Assembly (NCBI GenBank): GCA_041640595.1 | Contig: JBEPZY010000010.1 | Location: 749-64,748, forward strand | Direction of reading: 5' to 3' | From: Gemmatales bacterium | Lineage (GTDB): Bacteria > Planctomycetota > Planctomycetia > Gemmatales > HRBIN36 | DNA: 64,000 bases | Shown here: positions 1 to 9,855 of the stretch, piece after piece | Layout: each line of letters begins with the position of its first letter | Numbering within the stretch: the stretch's first letter is position 1 | Notes under the pieces: generated by a model | What the model was told of the DNA's origin: nothing | What the model saw: only the letters and a program-made list of their open reading frames with translations | The model's database searches: none | Position numbers and translations under genes: made by a program

Positions 1-244
1 CGAGCGGCACACGATGTCTGCCCCCCAGGTGGTTGCCAAAGGAGCCGGTGCCGTGGCCGAACGCATCCTCGAAATCGCTCGCCGGCACGGCATTCCGATT
101 CTGGAGCGACCGCCCCTGGCGCAGGCCCTTTTTCGACTGGTGCGGGTCGGGCAAGAGATTCCGCCCGCTCTTTACCACGCCGTAGCAGAAGTGCTCGCCT
201 TCGTCTATCGGCAACGCGGCTGGTCTATGACAGCAAGCCAGTAG
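1..244 (+). CDS. flhB: Flagellar export protein FlhB, C-terminal part (5' end outside window)
   Basis: APQVVAKG...[19 protein letters not shown]...[20 protein letters not shown] is the FlhB cytoplasmic-domain signature; lies directly upstream of flhA. Confidence 0.9.
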   Translation, partial: ERHTMSAPQVVAKGAGAVAERILEIARRHGIPILERPPLAQALFRLVRVGQEIPPALYHAVAEVLAFVYRQRGWSMTASQ

Positions 245-493
245 TCGCAGCAAGCGACTGCACGCGAAACAGGCGTATCGAACAGCGGGACGCACACGCT
301 TACGCCGGCTGCTGGCACACCCAAAGGTGAAAAACTGACCGGGTGAAGCCGAAATCGCCCGACGCTCATTCTCCTGGTCTGGCAGTCCGGCAAACGCCTC
401 CGGGTAATTGGCTGATTGAACGGGAGCAAGGCCTCACCGTGGCGGCATTGATTCGGGATTGATTCGCCGAGATTCATCTTTCCCTGCGTAGCA

Positions 494-2605
494 ATGAGCA
501 CGAACGCTACGACCCTGACAGCGGATAGCAATCTGAGCTTTGCTCAGCGCAGCGAATGGGCCCTGGCAGCGGCAATGCTGGGCGTGCTGATCGTGTTGCT
601 GGTACCGTTGCCGGCGTGGGGCATTGATTTGTTGCTGGCCAGTAATTTTGCCCTGACATTGCTGGTGCTGCTGGTCGTGCTTGCCGTCAAGGAGCCGCTC
701 GATTTTTCCGTGTTCCCGTCGGTGTTGCTGTTGCTGACGCTTATCCGGCTGGCGCTGAACGTCGCCACCACGCGGCAAATTCTGTTGCAGGCTCAGGCGG
801 GTTCGATCGTAGATGCGTTCGGCAACTTCGTGGTGGCAGGGAACCTTGTGGTTGGTCTGGTAGTGTTTTTGATTCTGGTGGTGATTCAGTTTGTGGTGAT
901 CACCAAAGGCGCCAATCGCATCTCGGAAGTAGCAGCCCGTTTTACCCTCGACGCCCTGCCAGGCAAGCAGATGGCCATTGATGCGGAACTGAACAGCGGC
1001 AGCATTGACGAAGCGGAAGCACGCCGGCGTCGGCAGCAGTTGATGCGTGAGGCGGAGTTTTACGGTGCTATGGACGGTGCCAGCAAGTTTGTCCGCGGGG
1101 ATGCCATAGCCGGTCTGGTCATCACTGCCATCAACCTGATTGGTGGCGTGATTCTGGGCATGATGCGCGGCATGACCATTGGCCAGGCTATTCATCGGTA
1201 TTCCATCCTGACAGTGGGCGACGGTTTGGTGTCGCAAATACCGGCCCTGATCGTAGCCACTGCTGCTGGTATGCTGGTCACCAAAGCCACCACGCAAATC
1301 GGTCTGGGACAGGAAATCGGCGGTCAACTACTGGGCCGACCCCGGGCACTGAGGATCGGTGCGGCGATCCTGGGCGTGCTGGCACTGGCCCCCGGTTTGC
1401 CGAAATGGCCCTTTCTGGTTCTGGCAGGGATACTGGCGTTCGGGGCCCGGTTAACGCGTCCCCGACCAGCACCGGTAGCAGGAGCAGAAAAGAAGCCCGC
1501 ACCGCGAACCACCGGTCTGCCCATCGAACGCCACGCCGATGAATTCCTGCAACAGGATCGCGCGGGGCTGGAAATCGGTGGTCGGCTCATTCCGCTGGTG
1601 GACCCCAATCGTGGCGCTGGTTTGCTGGAACGAATCGCAGCGTTACGGCGAGAACTCGCCCGCCGTCATGGCTTGTGGGTGCCGCCGATCCGCATCCGCG
1701 ACAATCTGCAACAGCTCGAGCCGGAAGCCTACCGCATCCTGATCGGCGGACGGGAAGTGGCTCGGGGACAGTTACGGCCCGACCGACTGCTCGCCATTGA
1801 TCCGACCGGCACTCGCCCGCCTCTGGAAGGCGAAGCAACTACCGAACCGGCTTTCGGTATGCCAGCCTGGTGGATTTCCGAAAACCAGCGCAGTGCCGCT
1901 CAACTGGCCGGTTATATGGTCGTAGATCCAGCCAGCGTCTTAATCACCCACCTGGGAGAAGTTCTCCGTCGCCACGCTCACGAACTGCTCAGCCGCGAGG
2001 ATGTCAAGTTGCTCGTGGACAAAGTCCGCGCTACTGCTCCGTCGCTGGTGGATGAACTCATCCCGAGCCAGCTTACCCTCGGCACCCTGCATCGTGTGCT
2101 ATGTTTGCTGGTAGAAGAACGGGTGCCCATTTCCAATCTCACCAGGATTCTCGAAGCCCTGTCGCACTTTGCCGGCACTGTCAAGGACGCCGTCGAACTG
2201 GCGGAGCGGATCCGTCCTGAACTCGGCCGCGATATCTGTGATCGCTTCCGCGATGCCAGTAACCGCCTGCACGGCATTGTGCTGGAACCCCGGCTGCACC
2301 TGGAATTGCAGCGCAGCCTGCACCAGGGGCACCTGGTACTGGAACCGAATCGGCTCGAACGACTCATCGGGCGACTCGCCGAAATCTGGCGTCGCCAGGT
2401 CGCTCAGGGACAGGAAGTCGCCCTGCTTTGCGATAGCAGCATTCGCCGGGCCCTGCGGCAGGCCCTTTATCGGTCGCTTCCAGACCTCGGCGTGATCAGC
2501 TACGGAGAAGTACCGGCCAATATGACGCTTTATCCGGTGGCCATGCTCCGGCTCGACGATCTCCTGCCCGCAAACGCCAGCCAGGAGGCGCCCAGGTCTC
2601 CGTGA
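494..2605 (+). CDS. flhA: Flagellar biosynthesis protein FlhA
   Basis: 703 aa; N-terminal TM helices; FHIPEP motif RISEVAARFTLDALPGKQMAIDAEL and FYGAMDGASKFVRGDA. Confidence 0.95.
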   Translation: MSTNATTLTADSNLSFAQRSEWALAAAMLGVLIVLLVPLPAWGIDLLLASNFALTLLVLLVVLAVKEPLDFSVFPSVLLLLTLIRLALNVATTRQILLQAQAGSIVDAFGNFVVAGNLVVGLVVFLILVVIQFVVITKGANRISEVAARFTLDALPGKQMAIDAELNSGSIDEAEARRRRQQLMREAEFYGAMDGASKFVRGDAIAGLVITAINLIGGVILGMMRGMTIGQAIHRYSILTVGDGLVSQIPALIVATAAGMLVTKATTQIGLGQEIGGQLLGRPRALRIGAAILGVLALAPGLPKWPFLVLAGILAFGARLTRPRPAPVAGAEKKPAPRTTGLPIERHADEFLQQDRAGLEIGGRLIPLVDPNRGAGLLERIAALRRELARRHGLWVPPIRIRDNLQQLEPEAYRILIGGREVARGQLRPDRLLAIDPTGTRPPLEGEATTEPAFGMPAWWISENQRSAAQLAGYMVVDPASVLITHLGEVLRRHAHELLSREDVKLLVDKVRATAPSLVDELIPSQLTLGTLHRVLCLLVEERVPISNLTRILEALSHFAGTVKDAVELAERIRPELGRDICDRFRDASNRLHGIVLEPRLHLELQRSLHQGHLVLEPNRLERLIGRLAEIWRRQVAQGQEVALLCDSSIRRALRQALYRSLPDLGVISYGEVPANMTLYPVAMLRLDDLLPANASQEAPRSP

Positions 2606-2849
2606 GAACGACTGTGCTTCCTTCTGATCGCAGAAAGGCGAGCGACCATCTGCTAACGGCACGCCAGGAGGCGGGATTGTCCTGGCCTTCAGGTCACGGG
2701 AGCGCCTCGCTCCCATAGCGCTTGGTCTCACCGGCTCAATCGGGTCAGATTGCCGGCGCCACGGAAGCACCTCGCTCCGATAGCGCTACCGGGAACCTCA
2801 GACTTTCTCACATTCTCCTCGCTAAAGGCGGGAAATTCGGTAAATCCTT

Positions 2850-2876
2850 CAAACCTGCCAGAGCTATTGCCGAAAG
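2850..2876 (+). promoter_or_regulatory. Putative sigma-28 (FliA) promoter
   Basis: CAAA-N15-GCCGAAAG resembles the TAAA-N15-GCCGATAA consensus; sits upstream of the small ORF-fliA unit. Confidence 0.35.
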
Positions 2877-2944
2877 ATCTACCGGAAGATTCGCCCTAGG
2901 CGGCGTGCTTCCACCATCGGGACGGCGTCTCACGGTCGCCAGCC

Positions 2945-3136
2945 ATGTCCAACAGCGTGGGACACAGAACTGTCTGGAAGCTGGCCGCAATCCTGGGCAT
3001 CACGGTCTGGTATCTCGCCCTGGGTGTGGGTATCTGGGCTGGCCTGGAACCTTTCACCATTTTCAAACGCGCCAGCGTGTCCGGCATCGTCGCCGGCTTG
3101 CTGAGTGGATTATGGCTGCGGCTATGCCAGCGCTAG
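2945..3136 (+). CDS. Small two-helix membrane protein in flagellar cluster
   Basis: 63 aa, two hydrophobic segments, between flhA and fliA on the same strand. Confidence 0.55.
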   Translation: MSNSVGHRTVWKLAAILGITVWYLALGVGIWAGLEPFTIFKRASVSGIVAGLLSGLWLRLCQR

Positions 3137-3188
3137 GCTTCCGCAAGAATCGCCAGGGTAATCGTCCGCCAATCATGCGGATCCGCCA

Positions 3189-4019
3189 ATGACCCCGGAC
3201 CACGACACCGAGCGTCAGGACTCCACCCTGCTGGCTTCGCCTCCGGTAACACCGCATCTGGCGGACATGCACGCGGTTTATCGGGAAACGCTCAGCCGGC
3301 AGCAGCGGGACGAACTGATTTTGTCTCACCTGTATCTGGTGCGGCATGTGCTCGGAAAACTGGCGGCTCGTTTACCACCGGGGATAGATCGAGAGAACCT
3401 GGAATCGGCTGGCGTGCTGGGTCTGGTAGAAGCTGCGGCACACTTTGATCCCAGCCGCGGTGTGCAATTCAAGACCTTCGCTTATTTTCGCATTCGCGGT
3501 GCTATTCTCGATGAGCTTCGCCGCAATTCCCCGTTATCTCAGGAAGCCTTGAAAAAATGGTCGCGGATTCGCGATGCCTATCAACGCCTGCCTGCACCGG
3601 CAAGTCTGGAAACGCTGGCCCAGGCTACCGGGATGAGTGTGGAAGAAGTTACCGATACTCTCGCGGCCTGGCGATTGTGCCGGTTGCTGTCGCTGGAGCA
3701 ACCTTCCCACGATCAGGATCAGTCTGCCAGCGACGGTAACGAGAATCCTCTGGCCAGTGCTCAACCGGTCGGAGATCGGCAGCTGCAACCCGGGCCGGAT
3801 CAAACGCTCGAACGCCGCGAACTCGCCGCAATCCTGGCGCAGGCGATTGAGCAATTGCCTCCCCGCGAACGCACCGTGTTTCTGCTGTACCACACCGAGG
3901 ATTTGCGGCTGGGTGAGATTGCTCAGGTGCTGGGTTTATCCGAGTCGCGCATCTGTCGGCTCCTGCAATCGGCGGAATGGCGAATCGCGGAATTCTTACG
4001 CCACAAGGAGGTGTTATGA
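3189..4019 (+). CDS. fliA: RNA polymerase sigma factor FliA/WhiG (sigma-28)
   Basis: LESAGVLGLVEAAAHFDPSRGVQFKTFAYFRIRGAILDELR (region 2) and LGEIAQVLGLSESRICRL (region 4); flagellar context. Confidence 0.9.
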   Translation: MTPDHDTERQDSTLLASPPVTPHLADMHAVYRETLSRQQRDELILSHLYLVRHVLGKLAARLPPGIDRENLESAGVLGLVEAAAHFDPSRGVQFKTFAYFRIRGAILDELRRNSPLSQEALKKWSRIRDAYQRLPAPASLETLAQATGMSVEEVTDTLAAWRLCRLLSLEQPSHDQDQSASDGNENPLASAQPVGDRQLQPGPDQTLERRELAAILAQAIEQLPPRERTVFLLYHTEDLRLGEIAQVLGLSESRICRLLQSAEWRIAEFLRHKEVL

Positions 4020-4216
4020 GCGAGCCGATCCATTTGCCTTCGGTTACTCCTTACGGCGGTTGGTCGGGCAGCAACGAGCAAACTCCGACTCGGCAACGCC
4101 GCAAATCTTCACCCACTCCTTCCTCCACCTCCAGCGAGCAGCCCGCTGCTGAGTCGGATACTTCCAACTCCGCTGACCAGAATCATCCCGGACAAATGGT
4201 GGATTACCAGGCATGA
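4016..4216 (+). CDS. Small disordered hypothetical protein
   Basis: ATGA overlap with the fliA stop, AAGGAGG upstream; ends GQMVDYQA. Confidence 0.6.
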   Translation: MSEPIHLPSVTPYGGWSGSNEQTPTRQRRKSSPTPSSTSSEQPAAESDTSNSADQNHPGQMVDYQA

Positions 4217-4446
4217 ACTCGCTTAGCGACGGTCACGATCATCGGCTGTGTGCCCTGCCCGTAGTTCCCGCCCAGCGCGTACGCATCGAAAAAGCCGTGC
4301 TGGTCGGGAATGCTGAACAACAGCAGACCGATGGCGACGAGTCCGTGCAAATCCGGGTGCAACGCGAACAGGGAGAAATTCGCGGCATCGAAATCGTTTG
4401 CAGCTGCGGACGCACCATCCGGTTACGCTGTATCTACGAACCCTGA
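4213..4446 (+). CDS. Small hypothetical protein with CxCG motif
   Basis: ATGA overlap with the previous gene; IRGIEIVCSCGRTIRLRC. Confidence 0.7.
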   Translation: MNSLSDGHDHRLCALPVVPAQRVRIEKAVLVGNAEQQQTDGDESVQIRVQREQGEIRGIEIVCSCGRTIRLRCIYEP

Positions 4447-4665
4447 ATCCCTTGCCGCCGAAGGTGACCGCTGGTGGGCAGCAAGCCCATCCGTTTTGTC
4501 CGAACAGCTGCCAGCGAGCGAGACCATGAACGCAGCCAGTCCGGTTTCTACCGGCCCTGGCAAAACGGCAAGCGAATGTCCTGGAGGAATGTCATGCCTC
4601 GTGGTCAGCAGTTAGCGCGAGATGGGGCCGAAACAAGAATAACTTCGCCAACCGCTCGGACAAAA

Positions 4666-5226
4666 ATGGCGATGCTCGCCGCCCGTTACCCTTTTCCGCG
4701 CGCTTGCCGCCCGGCCCACAACTATCGCTTCTGGCCAGCGACCCGCGGAACAATGTTCCTGCTGCCCATGGCTGTCCTTTTGGTGACAGTCGGATGTCAG
4801 CCAAGCACCTGGCCCTGGACTGTGCCGGGACAGCACTCCACCAGCGGCACCCCGCCCGTCTCGCTGGCCAGTGCTCAGATGCAGCAACCGCCTGGCAACG
4901 CTTACGTGCAGGAATTATCCCAACGATTGCAGGCAGCCGGCGACGAAATTCGTTCCCTGGAAGCGAGGCTGGCATACCGCGAGGAGAAAATCGAAGAAAA
5001 AAGCCGGGAACTGAGTCAGGCGCTCAAGGAGATTCAGGCAGCCCAAACCGAACTGAGCCAGGCTCGCCAGGAAATTGAACAATTGCGTCAGGAAAACGCC
5101 AATCTGCAAGCCCGCTTGCAAGCCAGCGAAAGGCAGAACCGTGAGCATCTGCAGACCATCGCGGTTTTGTTGCAGCGGCTGATGGAACGCGGTCAGCCCT
5201 CACCCGCTTTGCCGCCGGGCCACTGA
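4666..5226 (+). CDS. Putative coiled-coil lipoprotein (start uncertain, 4666 or 4753)
   Basis: Lipobox-like LLVTVGC followed by a long heptad-rich helix. Confidence 0.65.
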   Translation: MAMLAARYPFPRACRPAHNYRFWPATRGTMFLLPMAVLLVTVGCQPSTWPWTVPGQHSTSGTPPVSLASAQMQQPPGNAYVQELSQRLQAAGDEIRSLEARLAYREEKIEEKSRELSQALKEIQAAQTELSQARQEIEQLRQENANLQARLQASERQNREHLQTIAVLLQRLMERGQPSPALPPGH

Positions 5227-5313
5227 GGCAATCGTTTACACCGACGCTGGTTCCGACCGTTGGGCGTACCGCCAGGCGAAATGTCGTCCCCGCAAGCGTT
5301 GTTCTGGCTGGCC

Positions 5314-5478
5314 GCTGGCGCTGCGTTGACTGTACACCGAAGCCGGGATAATGCGTAACCGCACAGGTGCACTCGTGCATGCTGGCGGCGCGTTGGCCGT
5401 ACACCAAAGCAGGGATAATGCGTGACCGCTGAGATGTACTCGTGCATGCTGGCGGCGCGTTGACTGTACACCGAAGCC
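5314..5478. repeat. 67-bp tandem repeat, about 2.5 copies
   Basis: Units start at 5314, 5381 and 5448 (gctggcg..gcgttg..gtacacc..agc.gggataatgcgt.accgc...ctcgtgcat). Confidence 0.9.
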
Positions 5479-5967
5479 CAACTGTGTCCGTTCTCGCTTA
5501 CCGGCGACTATCTGTTTGCCATGCCTGCCGGTGTGCCATGTGTGCCGCTGTATTACCGAGCAAAAAGATGACCGTTATCCCACGGGTCTTTTTCCAGAGC
5601 GGAACACGTTGGGTGCATTGACTCTCGTTCAACGCAGATCGTTCAGAAAAGCCGTCGTTCTCTGCTTCCGAAGCGGAACGCGTTGGTGCATTGACGAAGC
5701 GAATCGCTGTCGAAAAATGCAAGCGAACGCGCCGTTGCCACCTGCCGGAATCGGAGCATGTGTCTAACGAAGCGAATGGTTGTCCGGGATGCAAGCCTGG
5801 TTGCTCGGCCTGTTCGCGGCAATCAGCATGCAGCCGTGCCAGGCAGCGTCGGAGAGAATCATGTCACGCACGGCATCAGGCTCAGGAAGTTGGGCCGACG
5901 GCGTAGAATTTGACTGGGCGGACATGCGTGCGGTAAACATCGGAGAAAGTTTCGGGAGAACCCGTGA

Positions 5968-7050
5968 ATGAGCGAAGGTCGCCGTCTATGGAGGTTGCCG
6001 TGGTGGATACCGTTACTGTCGGGGTTGTTCGCAGGCGTATGGCCGGTGTTATGGCCAGGCGGTAACGACCTGCCCAGCTGGGCACCGTTGATCGCGGCCG
6101 CCGCTATGATCTGGCTCGGTTGGGCAATCAAGTCGTGGTTTCTGGCATTGCTGACCGGCCTGATAATCGTGAACCATCCGAAGATGGACTGGTCGTCCTA
6201 TAGTTCGATGGCAGGCTGGCAATTGACCAGTCTGTTTCTGCTCGCGTGCTGGTGTTGCCACTTTTACGAACTGGTTTGGGCCGGCCCAGGCAATCGCAAG
6301 GGCTGGCTAATCTGGACACTGGTCGGAACGCTGCTGGCGTTTTCAGGAATGCTTGGCGTGGGTCTTTCCTTTTTCGGGGAGCCGACGCCATGCCTGGCCG
6401 GGCAAGCTGCGAGTACATTGTTTTTGCTCTGGTCAGCGACCGGTCTGGCCGTGCTGGTCTGGTGGACAAGCCATCGTCACCAGGTCGGCAGCTGGAAGTG
6501 CGTTCTGGCACTGCTGGTCCCGCTCGTACTCTCGGTGGCTGTGATAGGAGGATGGGCATTGGTGGATGTGGCGCTTGGAAAACCTGACGGTGCGAATTTT
6601 CCTTCGCAGAGCGTGCTGCCGATGACGGATACTCTGAAATGGCTCTGGTCCTCCTGGGACCGGGCCATGCTCAAGGCCTTACCGCTGCCGGACCGGCTGA
6701 ACGGAGTCTGGATGGGAACGGTTCTGGTGGTGTGGGGGTTATGGCGGAGTGTACGGCGTGCCCGGAGATGTGCTCGGCAAAACACAGCCGCCAGCTCTGT
6801 CCTGTTGCCGCTGGTTTTTCTCGCGGTCCTTTTGCAAATGGCCCTGTCGGCTCGCGAAATACCAGCTTCAGAGGACGTGCTCCGTGAAACGGGTTGTGTC
6901 ATAAGGCCGGATGCTGCAGGCTCGTTACTACTGCCGCTCGTCATGCTGACCATCACCTATCTGGTGCTGGACTTGGCACACGGTGTGGCGGAACGAATGC
7001 AGCTTCGCCCACCGACTCCGGAGACGCCTGGGGCAAACACTTCGCAGTGA
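5968..7050 (+). CDS. Polytopic membrane protein, unknown function
   Basis: 360 aa, many Trp-rich hydrophobic segments. Confidence 0.7.
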   Translation: MSEGRRLWRLPWWIPLLSGLFAGVWPVLWPGGNDLPSWAPLIAAAAMIWLGWAIKSWFLALLTGLIIVNHPKMDWSSYSSMAGWQLTSLFLLACWCCHFYELVWAGPGNRKGWLIWTLVGTLLAFSGMLGVGLSFFGEPTPCLAGQAASTLFLLWSATGLAVLVWWTSHRHQVGSWKCVLALLVPLVLSVAVIGGWALVDVALGKPDGANFPSQSVLPMTDTLKWLWSSWDRAMLKALPLPDRLNGVWMGTVLVVWGLWRSVRRARRCARQNTAASSVLLPLVFLAVLLQMALSAREIPASEDVLRETGCVIRPDAAGSLLLPLVMLTITYLVLDLAHGVAERMQLRPPTPETPGANTSQ

Positions 7051-7219
7051 TCAACGGCTTGATAACTGCGAGCGCTCGTGGACAAGCCGTTGCCTGACCC
7101 GTTGCGGGAAACACCTTGCAATGACCAACGGCTTGATAAGTGCGACAGTCGGGACCTTCCGCCTGGGAGAATCGGCAAAACCTTCGCGGGGATTAATGGT
7201 GTGAATCAGCGCGACAGAC

Positions 7220-7672
7220 TCATTTATTGCCGCTTTCGAGCTGGCGCATCAGTTCGCGGTAACGCGGGTCGTCGCGGATGGAATCGAGGTCGCGGTCCTG
7301 CTTGATGTAACGGTAATCGCGATAGCCAAGTTCGATAGCGCGGCGCAGGGCTCGAATGGCGGCATCGGTCTTGTTGAGCCGGGCATAGGTGCAGGCGAGG
7401 TTGTAATGAGCCACGGCGTCCTGCGGTCGCAAACGCACCAGCCGCAGGTCCACTTCCAGAGCTTCCGGATACCGGCCCACCTGGGTCAGCAGCTGGCTCA
7501 TAATCCGCAACACATCCACGTAATCGGGGTACCGCCGCAGAATGTCCGTGAAGAACCGCAACTCAAAACGTTGCTGATTCTCCGCCGCCATCTCCTGCAA
7601 AGTAGCTGGCGCCCGGGAGATGGCCTGCCAACCTTCGCTCTGAAGCCAGGGTGTATTGCCCATAGCCTCCAC
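7220..7672 (-). CDS. TPR-repeat protein
   Basis: AHYNLACTYARLNKTDAAIRALRRAIELGY and C-terminal DRDLDSIRDDPRY cap. Confidence 0.85.
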   Translation of the reverse strand: MEAMGNTPWLQSEGWQAISRAPATLQEMAAENQQRFELRFFTDILRRYPDYVDVLRIMSQLLTQVGRYPEALEVDLRLVRLRPQDAVAHYNLACTYARLNKTDAAIRALRRAIELGYRDYRYIKQDRDLDSIRDDPRYRELMRQLESGNK

Positions 7673-7829
7673 CCCTTACCGCCGACCGGCCAATCAAGCC
7701 GGGGTTCGCTGTCCGACCCGGTGATGCACGCCACCAGAATCGCACCCGATGTGCGATCGTGGCTGCTTTCTAATGGGATTATATCCTTTGCCAGGCCCCC
7801 ATGCCAGCAGCGGTGCGTCTGGCTGTGCT

Positions 7830-8756
7830 TCAGCGATAGGGCAATTGCGAGGAAGATATTTCGGAGTTCAGAAGTGTAAATACGGCAACTTCCGGTCGGA
7901 CACGGTAACGCAGACGCCAGCCGTAACCCACACCGCGATTGACGTAAAGCAGGCCGTGGCGATGGCGAAAAAGACCGGCTGCCATTCGCCTCATTTTGCC
8001 TCTGAGGAACACCGGGCCGATGCCCGGCCAGTTGACCTGACCGCCGTGCGTGTGCCCGCTCAGCGTCAGGAACACGCGCCGATTGGACAGGTGTTCCAGT
8101 GTGTTCGGATGATGGGCCAGCAACAAGCAGGGCGCTTCTTCAGGCACTTCCCGAAACGCCTGCTGCACATTGCAGGCGCCACTCCACAAATCATCCACGC
8201 CCACCAGATAAAAGCTCGCCCCCTGATGTTCAATTCGCCAGGCCTGGTTGCGTAACACCTGTACTCCGCGCTCCCGTAACGCGAGCTCAATCCGGTTCGA
8301 TAATCCTGATTTTCTCCGGGCCAGCCTGGTACGCACAGCAAAGTCGTGATTACCGAGCACCGCGGCGACACCAATCTGGGCTCGCAATCGGCCCAGCACA
8401 TCGGCCACCTGTTCCACATACCGGCGACCGGCATGCACAAAATCACCGGTCAGCACTACCAGGTGGGGCTGCTGAGCATTGGTTAATTCGACCGCTTCCA
8501 GAAGCAACGACAGAGGCACTCTCCGGCCGCCGTGAAAATCCGTCAGATGCACCAGCTTCAGAGCATGGAGTGCTCTCGGCCAGTCCGGAGCACAAACTCG
8601 CCACTGGGTAACTTCCAGCCACATTGGTTCGACATGCCGGGCATACGTCCAGTGGGCCCAGGTACGGCCTAACCAGCGAGCCAGCCCCAGGCGACCCCGC
8701 AATCGTCGCCAGGGTGGCCCGTTTTCCCGGTTGCTGTGCTCTTTATCATCGGCCAT
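7830..8756 (-). CDS. Metallophosphoesterase (YkuE-like)
   Basis: Motifs DFH, LTGDFV, LGNHD, LLAHHP, LSGHTHGGQ. Confidence 0.9.
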   Translation of the reverse strand: MADDKEHSNRENGPPWRRLRGRLGLARWLGRTWAHWTYARHVEPMWLEVTQWRVCAPDWPRALHALKLVHLTDFHGGRRVPLSLLLEAVELTNAQQPHLVVLTGDFVHAGRRYVEQVADVLGRLRAQIGVAAVLGNHDFAVRTRLARRKSGLSNRIELALRERGVQVLRNQAWRIEHQGASFYLVGVDDLWSGACNVQQAFREVPEEAPCLLLAHHPNTLEHLSNRRVFLTLSGHTHGGQVNWPGIGPVFLRGKMRRMAAGLFRHRHGLLYVNRGVGYGWRLRYRVRPEVAVFTLLNSEISSSQLPYR

Positions 8757-8901
8757 AAGCGGCAGCAGTTAGCCTGATTTCAACTATAGTGCCTGGCCTA
8801 CGTTATCATACGACGCAATAACCTGGCAGCCAATTCCTGGTGCGTGCGCCAATTTTCGCCCCGATATTGCCTGCCAGCCGCTGTTTTCAGAGGTTTTTGG
8901 C

Positions 8902-9312
8902 CTAGTCCTCGTCCTCGTCTTCGTCCCAATCTTCATCTTCGTCTTCGTCGTAGTCCTCAAAATCTTCCTCTTCTTCCTCGAAATCTTCCTCCAGGTCTTC
9001 ATCTTCTTCGTCTTCCCACTCGTCATCCCAGTCCTCGTCTTCTTCTTCCTCTTCGAAGTCTTCGTCTTCTTCGAATTCGTCCTCATCAAACTCTTCTTCC
9101 TCGTCGAACTCTTCCTCCTCGAAGTCTTCTTCGTCCTCGAAATCTTCCTCCTCTTCGTCGAAATCCTCTTCTTCCTCTTCGTCGCGGGAACGACGACGAC
9201 CGGCCTGAGGAGCACTGCGGAGGTCAGTCTTGCCAATGCTGCTCAGTGGCGTGCAATCGCTGCGACTTCGGCCCCCGAAGAGCCACATTTTCAGAAAAAG
9301 TTTGCGTGTCAT
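8902..9312 (-). CDS. Extremely acidic low-complexity protein
   Basis: GAGGA upstream of ATG at 9312; basic N-terminus, then about 90 residues of D/E punctuated by F/W/Y/L. Confidence 0.7.
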   Translation of the reverse strand: MTRKLFLKMWLFGGRSRSDCTPLSSIGKTDLRSAPQAGRRRSRDEEEEEDFDEEEEDFEDEEDFEEEEFDEEEEFDEDEFEEDEDFEEEEEDEDWDDEWEDEEDEDLEEDFEEEEEDFEDYDEDEDEDWDEDEDED

Positions 9313-9855
9313 GGTAAATTCCTCGCTATCGCGGTGGTGTTCGTTTCTGGTGAATGGAGTTACCCTGGCGCGCCTGCCTGGTGAGTGTACAGGCGGGCGC
9401 AATTCCTCGACCCAAGCAAACCAGTCGCCGGGCATCTGGGCACTGGGCCTCGCCAGCAAGGCTTTCGGCGGTAGCAGCAGTCACCGCACCGGAAAAGAAA
9501 GATTTTGCGGAGAGGCGATCTCTCCGGAAGGGCGAATCGGTGTCGCCACGACGCTGCGTTTTGCCTTGCGGTGCCAGGCTGCCGGTACCCGGCCAGACGC
9601 TCGTCGGCCGGTTTTACGTCCCTTTTTACGCGGGAGCAATCAGGTTCGGCAAGCTCTCCCCCGAAGTGGGAAACACTTACCGGTCGGGCTATCTCTCCGC
9701 ACCGAGACAGGGCATCACGCCAGGTGCGGCTAGCGAAGAGAGACCCGCCGCGTTACCACTTTCTCCCGCCGTTCTTGCAGCCAAGCCTCCCACGCTGGGG
9801 GGAAGGCATTGTATTATCGGCAGGAAATCGTCAAGTGGGCAACACAGCCTGCAGG

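Noticed and set aside
8784-9317. Lys/Arg-rich and Pro/Arg-rich ORFs overlapping the acidic gene
   Set aside because: Alternative frames of the GAA/GAC-rich tract; only the acidic frame has a good RBS and ATG
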